A DNA stretch of 59,814 nt, the filler included. It is 3 parts of 3 records of this genome, joined end to end, with 100 filler letters (N's around TTAATTAATTAA, not from the genome) between each part and the next. Parts side by side here need not be neighbours in the genome. Positions count along the whole stretch, not along the records: positions 48,463 to 59,814 come from SRR22947725_2198; 2 more parts are not named here. One strand, 5' to 3'. Position 1 is the first letter of the stretch; each line of letters opens with the position of its first letter. The notes under the pieces are model-generated. The model saw only the letters and a list, made by a program, of their open reading frames with translations, searched no databases and was not told where the DNA came from. The position numbers and the translations under genes were made by a program. Of the stretch, positions 56,752 to 59,814 are shown one piece after another.

Positions 56752-57213
56752 GTGAAATTAAAGCAAGTTTTATTTTTATTGTTTTTAATTGTGGGTTGTA
56801 ATTATAATCCTAATAATTCAACTTACAAAGCTCCTGAGGTTAAGTGGACAACAAAAGACGAACACCCTTCAATAGATAAATGTGATGAATATGAAATTGA
56901 AATTGATAGAATAAACTGTTTTAATTCTAAACTTATTAACTTGATTTATTCGAATATTAATTTAGGGGATATTTTAGTTTCAAAAAAACTTAACGACACT
57001 GTATTTCTTTCTTTGTTAGTTGACGAGCAAGGTAAACTTTCGTTATTAAATATTGAAAATAAAAAAAGCATTACGAATGAAATTCCTAATATAGATTTAA
57101 TAATAAAAAATTCACTAAATAATATTCCTTCTTTATATCCAGCTACCAAAACTAATTTTGGTATTCCTGTAAGCACTAAATTTCAGTTACCTTTAATATT
57201 AAAATCAAACTAA
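56752..57213 (+). CDS. Hypothetical lipoprotein (TonB C-terminal-like)
   Basis: Lipobox IVGC; PA.K..GIPV.TKFQLP. Confidence 0.7.
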   Translation: MKLKQVLFLLFLIVGCNYNPNNSTYKAPEVKWTTKDEHPSIDKCDEYEIEIDRINCFNSKLINLIYSNINLGDILVSKKLNDTVFLSLLVDEQGKLSLLNIENKKSITNEIPNIDLIIKNSLNNIPSLYPATKTNFGIPVSTKFQLPLILKSN

Positions 57214-57219
57214 AACAAG

Positions 57220-57783
57220 TTGAAAGTTCAAAGGGAAAAAATAATTTTGGGAATTGATCCAGGTACAACAATTATGGGGTTTGGATTAATAAAAGTTGTT
57301 GGTAATAAAATGAGTTTTCTTTTGCTGAATGAACTTGTTTTAAATAAACTTGATGATCATTATCTCAGACTAAAATATATTTTTGAAAGAACTATAGATT
57401 TGATAGAGAAGTATCATCCGGACGAAATAGCAATTGAAGCTCCTTTCTTTGGAAAGAACGTTCAATCTATGCTTAAATTGGGCAGGGCACAGGGCGTTGC
57501 AATGGCTGCGGGCCTTTCAAAAGAAATACCAATAACTGAGTATTCACCAAAAAAAATAAAGATGTCTATTACTGGAAGCGGAAATGCTTCTAAAGAACAG
57601 GTTGCCAAAATGCTTCAAAGTTTACTTGGAATCAAAAAGTTGCCAAAAAATTTAGATTCTACTGACGGTTTAGCTGCTGCAGTATGTCACTTTTATAATC
57701 AAAATAATAAATTAAGCTCTGAAAAAAATTATTCAGGTTGGAGTGCGTTTGTTAAACAAAATGAAAAAAGAATTAAGAAATGA
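57220..57783 (+). CDS. ruvC: Holliday junction resolvase
   Basis: ILGIDPG, IAIE, KLGRAQG, G.G.ASKEQV, DSTDGLA. Confidence 0.97.
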   Translation: MKVQREKIILGIDPGTTIMGFGLIKVVGNKMSFLLLNELVLNKLDDHYLRLKYIFERTIDLIEKYHPDEIAIEAPFFGKNVQSMLKLGRAQGVAMAAGLSKEIPITEYSPKKIKMSITGSGNASKEQVAKMLQSLLGIKKLPKNLDSTDGLAAAVCHFYNQNNKLSSEKNYSGWSAFVKQNEKRIKK

Positions 57784-57824
57784 TGATTTTTTTCAAACAG
57801 TTTTTTAATCTAAAATAATTTTTT

Positions 57825-58952
57825 GTGTCAGGAATATATATTCATATACCTTATTGTAAACAAGCCTGTCATTATTGTAACTATCATTTTTCAACTTCTT
57901 TAAACAATAAGGAAAGTGTAATTAATTCAATGTTAAAAGAAATTGAGATTAAATCTGCTGGGAGTAATGATTTAATACAAACTATTTATTTTGGAGGAGG
58001 AACACCATCTTTTTTTGCCACAAAAGAAATAAATAAAATAATTAATTCGATTTTTGAAAAATTTCAAATATCTGAAAACCCTGAAATAACTTTAGAAGCT
58101 AATCCTGATGATCTATCTAAAGCTAAACTTATAGAATTGTCACAGAGTTATATCAATAGACTAAGTATTGGTGTTCAGTCATTTAATGATGATGAGCTAA
58201 AACTTATGAATAGATCACACAATTCCAATGATGCTAAAACTTGCATTGATAATGCATTAAAATATTATGACAATATTTCTATTGATTTAATTTTTGGTAT
58301 GCCTAATAGTAATTTAAAAACGTGGGAATCAAATTTAAATTATGTTACTAGTTGGAATCTTAACCATATGTCTGCATATGCTCTGACTGTTGAGCCCAAA
58401 ACTGCTTTGGAATCGTTTGTAAAAAAAAATATTATTAAACCATTAAATGAAGACTTGGTATTTGAGCAACACGAATTTATGTGTAATAAAATGTCAAATC
58501 ATGAATACGTAAATTATGAATTGTCAAGCTTTGCAAAAAAAGGATATTTTTCAAGAAATAATTCTGCTTATTGGCTACGAAAAAAATATATTGGAATAGG
58601 ACCTTCAGCTCATAGTTTTGATGGATCTTATAGAAGTTGGAATGTGTCAAATAATTCATTATATATTAAAGACATAAGTGAAAACAAAATGTTTTCTGGA
58701 AGAGAAAAGCTTTCAATTATTGATAAGTATAATGAATATGTAATGACCGGCTTAAGAACTAAGTGGGGAATATCACTTACACATTTGGAAAATAACTTTG
58801 GTCCATACTACAAAAATAATTTTGAAACTAGAATTGTAAAATATGTGAACACATCTCTAGTTGTAATAAAGGATGATGTTTTTAGAACGACAATTAAAGG
58901 TAAATTTCTTGCAGATGGAATTGCATCTGAATTATTTTTAATTAATCCTTAG
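57825..58952 (+). CDS. hemW: Radical SAM heme chaperone HemW
   Basis: IYIHIPYCKQACHYC, FGGGTPS, EANPDD, GIGPSAHS. Confidence 0.93.
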   Translation: MSGIYIHIPYCKQACHYCNYHFSTSLNNKESVINSMLKEIEIKSAGSNDLIQTIYFGGGTPSFFATKEINKIINSIFEKFQISENPEITLEANPDDLSKAKLIELSQSYINRLSIGVQSFNDDELKLMNRSHNSNDAKTCIDNALKYYDNISIDLIFGMPNSNLKTWESNLNYVTSWNLNHMSAYALTVEPKTALESFVKKNIIKPLNEDLVFEQHEFMCNKMSNHEYVNYELSSFAKKGYFSRNNSAYWLRKKYIGIGPSAHSFDGSYRSWNVSNNSLYIKDISENKMFSGREKLSIIDKYNEYVMTGLRTKWGISLTHLENNFGPYYKNNFETRIVKYVNTSLVVIKDDVFRTTIKGKFLADGIASELFLINP

Positions 58953-59814
58953 ACAATTTTGTAAAATAATAATAAAATTTAGAGATAGTTTCAATTCCAT
59001 TTAAAAAATTTGAAACTCCGTAGTGTTCATTTGGCGAATGAATCGCATCACTATCTAATCCAAATCCCATTAAAATAGTTTTGCTATTTAACTCTTGTTC
59101 AAAAAGGGCTATTATTGGAATACTCCCCCCATCTCTTGTAGCAATTGGTTTTTTGTTAAAGACATCTTCATAAGCTTTACTAGCAGCTGCAAAACCAATT
59201 GTATCTGTTGGAGCGACATAAGGTTGTCCTCCATGATGTTCAGTAACTTTTACACTAACTGTGTCGGGAGCAATATCCGTAATATGTTTTGCAAATAAAT
59301 CATTAATTCTTTTCCAATTTTGTCCTGGAACTAATCTCATTGAAATTTTAGCAAATGCTTTACTTGGTAAAACAGTTTTAGCACCTTCCTCTGTATAACC
59401 TCCCCATATTCCATTTACATCTAAGGCTGGTCTAATTGATTGTCTTTCAATTGTAGTATAGCCTTCCTCCCCATGCTCTTTTTTAAGACCAATTGAACTT
59501 TTGAATTCATCAATATTGAAGGGAGCTAAATTCATTTTTTTTCTATCATCATCAGAAACTTTAATCACATTATCATAAAAACCTGGTATAGTAATTTTAT
59601 TATTTGAATCGTGCAACTCATTAATAATTTTAGATAAAACATTTATTGGATTAGCTACTGTTCCGCCGTAATGACCAGAATGTAAATCTCTATTAGGACC
59701 AGTTAACTCAACCTCCATATAAGATAATCCTCTTAAACCTGTTGTTATAGAAGGGGTTGTTTTACTAATCATTCCTGTGTCTGAAACTAATATTATATCA
59801 TTAGATAATTTTTC
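58942..59814 (-). CDS. M20 family dipeptidase (5'-truncated)
   Basis: SDTGM, GLRG, DLHSG, GGSIP, IHSPNE; frame open to window end. Confidence 0.92.
   Translation of the reverse strand, partial: EKLSNDIILVSDTGMISKTTPSITTGLRGLSYMEVELTGPNRDLHSGHYGGTVANPINVLSKIINELHDSNNKITIPGFYDNVIKVSDDDRKKMNLAPFNIDEFKSSIGLKKEHGEEGYTTIERQSIRPALDVNGIWGGYTEEGAKTVLPSKAFAKISMRLVPGQNWKRINDLFAKHITDIAPDTVSVKVTEHHGGQPYVAPTDTIGFAAASKAYEDVFNKKPIATRDGGSIPIIALFEQELNSKTILMGFGLDSDAIHSPNEHYGVSNFLNGIETISKFYYYFTKLSKD

Noticed and set aside
1-59814. CRISPR array, DGR template/variable repeats, IS elements, rRNA
   Set aside because: No regularly spaced direct repeats, reverse transcriptase, transposase or rRNA-like sequence seen by eye; short or degenerate repeats could have been missed

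Overview
The window is three unrelated contigs joined by artificial N44-TTAATTAATTAA-N44 spacers (29208-29307, 48363-48462). Contig 1 (1-29207, all genes on the minus strand) is the virion-morphogenesis region of a head-tail archaeal virus, most likely a Marine Group II (Poseidoniales) magrovirus. Its order is: a large protein carrying a degenerate DNA-ligase domain, HK97-type prohead protease/scaffold, major capsid protein, small head proteins, adaptor, tail terminator, tail tube, frameshifted tail chaperones, a 136-aa tape-measure-like protein, two paralogous distal-tail proteins, and a giant ORF of at least 3589 codons that the ORF track missed. By manual scan this contig lacks GATC and AGCT and appears to avoid CCWGG. 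Contig 2 (29308-48362) is alphaproteobacterial housekeeping DNA (SAR116/Rhodospirillales-like): ahcY, tsaE, addBA, trxA, folC, accD, trpABF, ihfB, rpsA, cmk, aroA and part of tRNA-Ala. Contig 3 (48463-59814) is AT-rich marine Flavobacteriia housekeeping DNA: part of tRNA-Phe, coaX, lptC, a CBS-domain protein, ppiD, ruvC, hemW and an M20 peptidase. Taxonomic and family calls come from motif recognition, not database searches.
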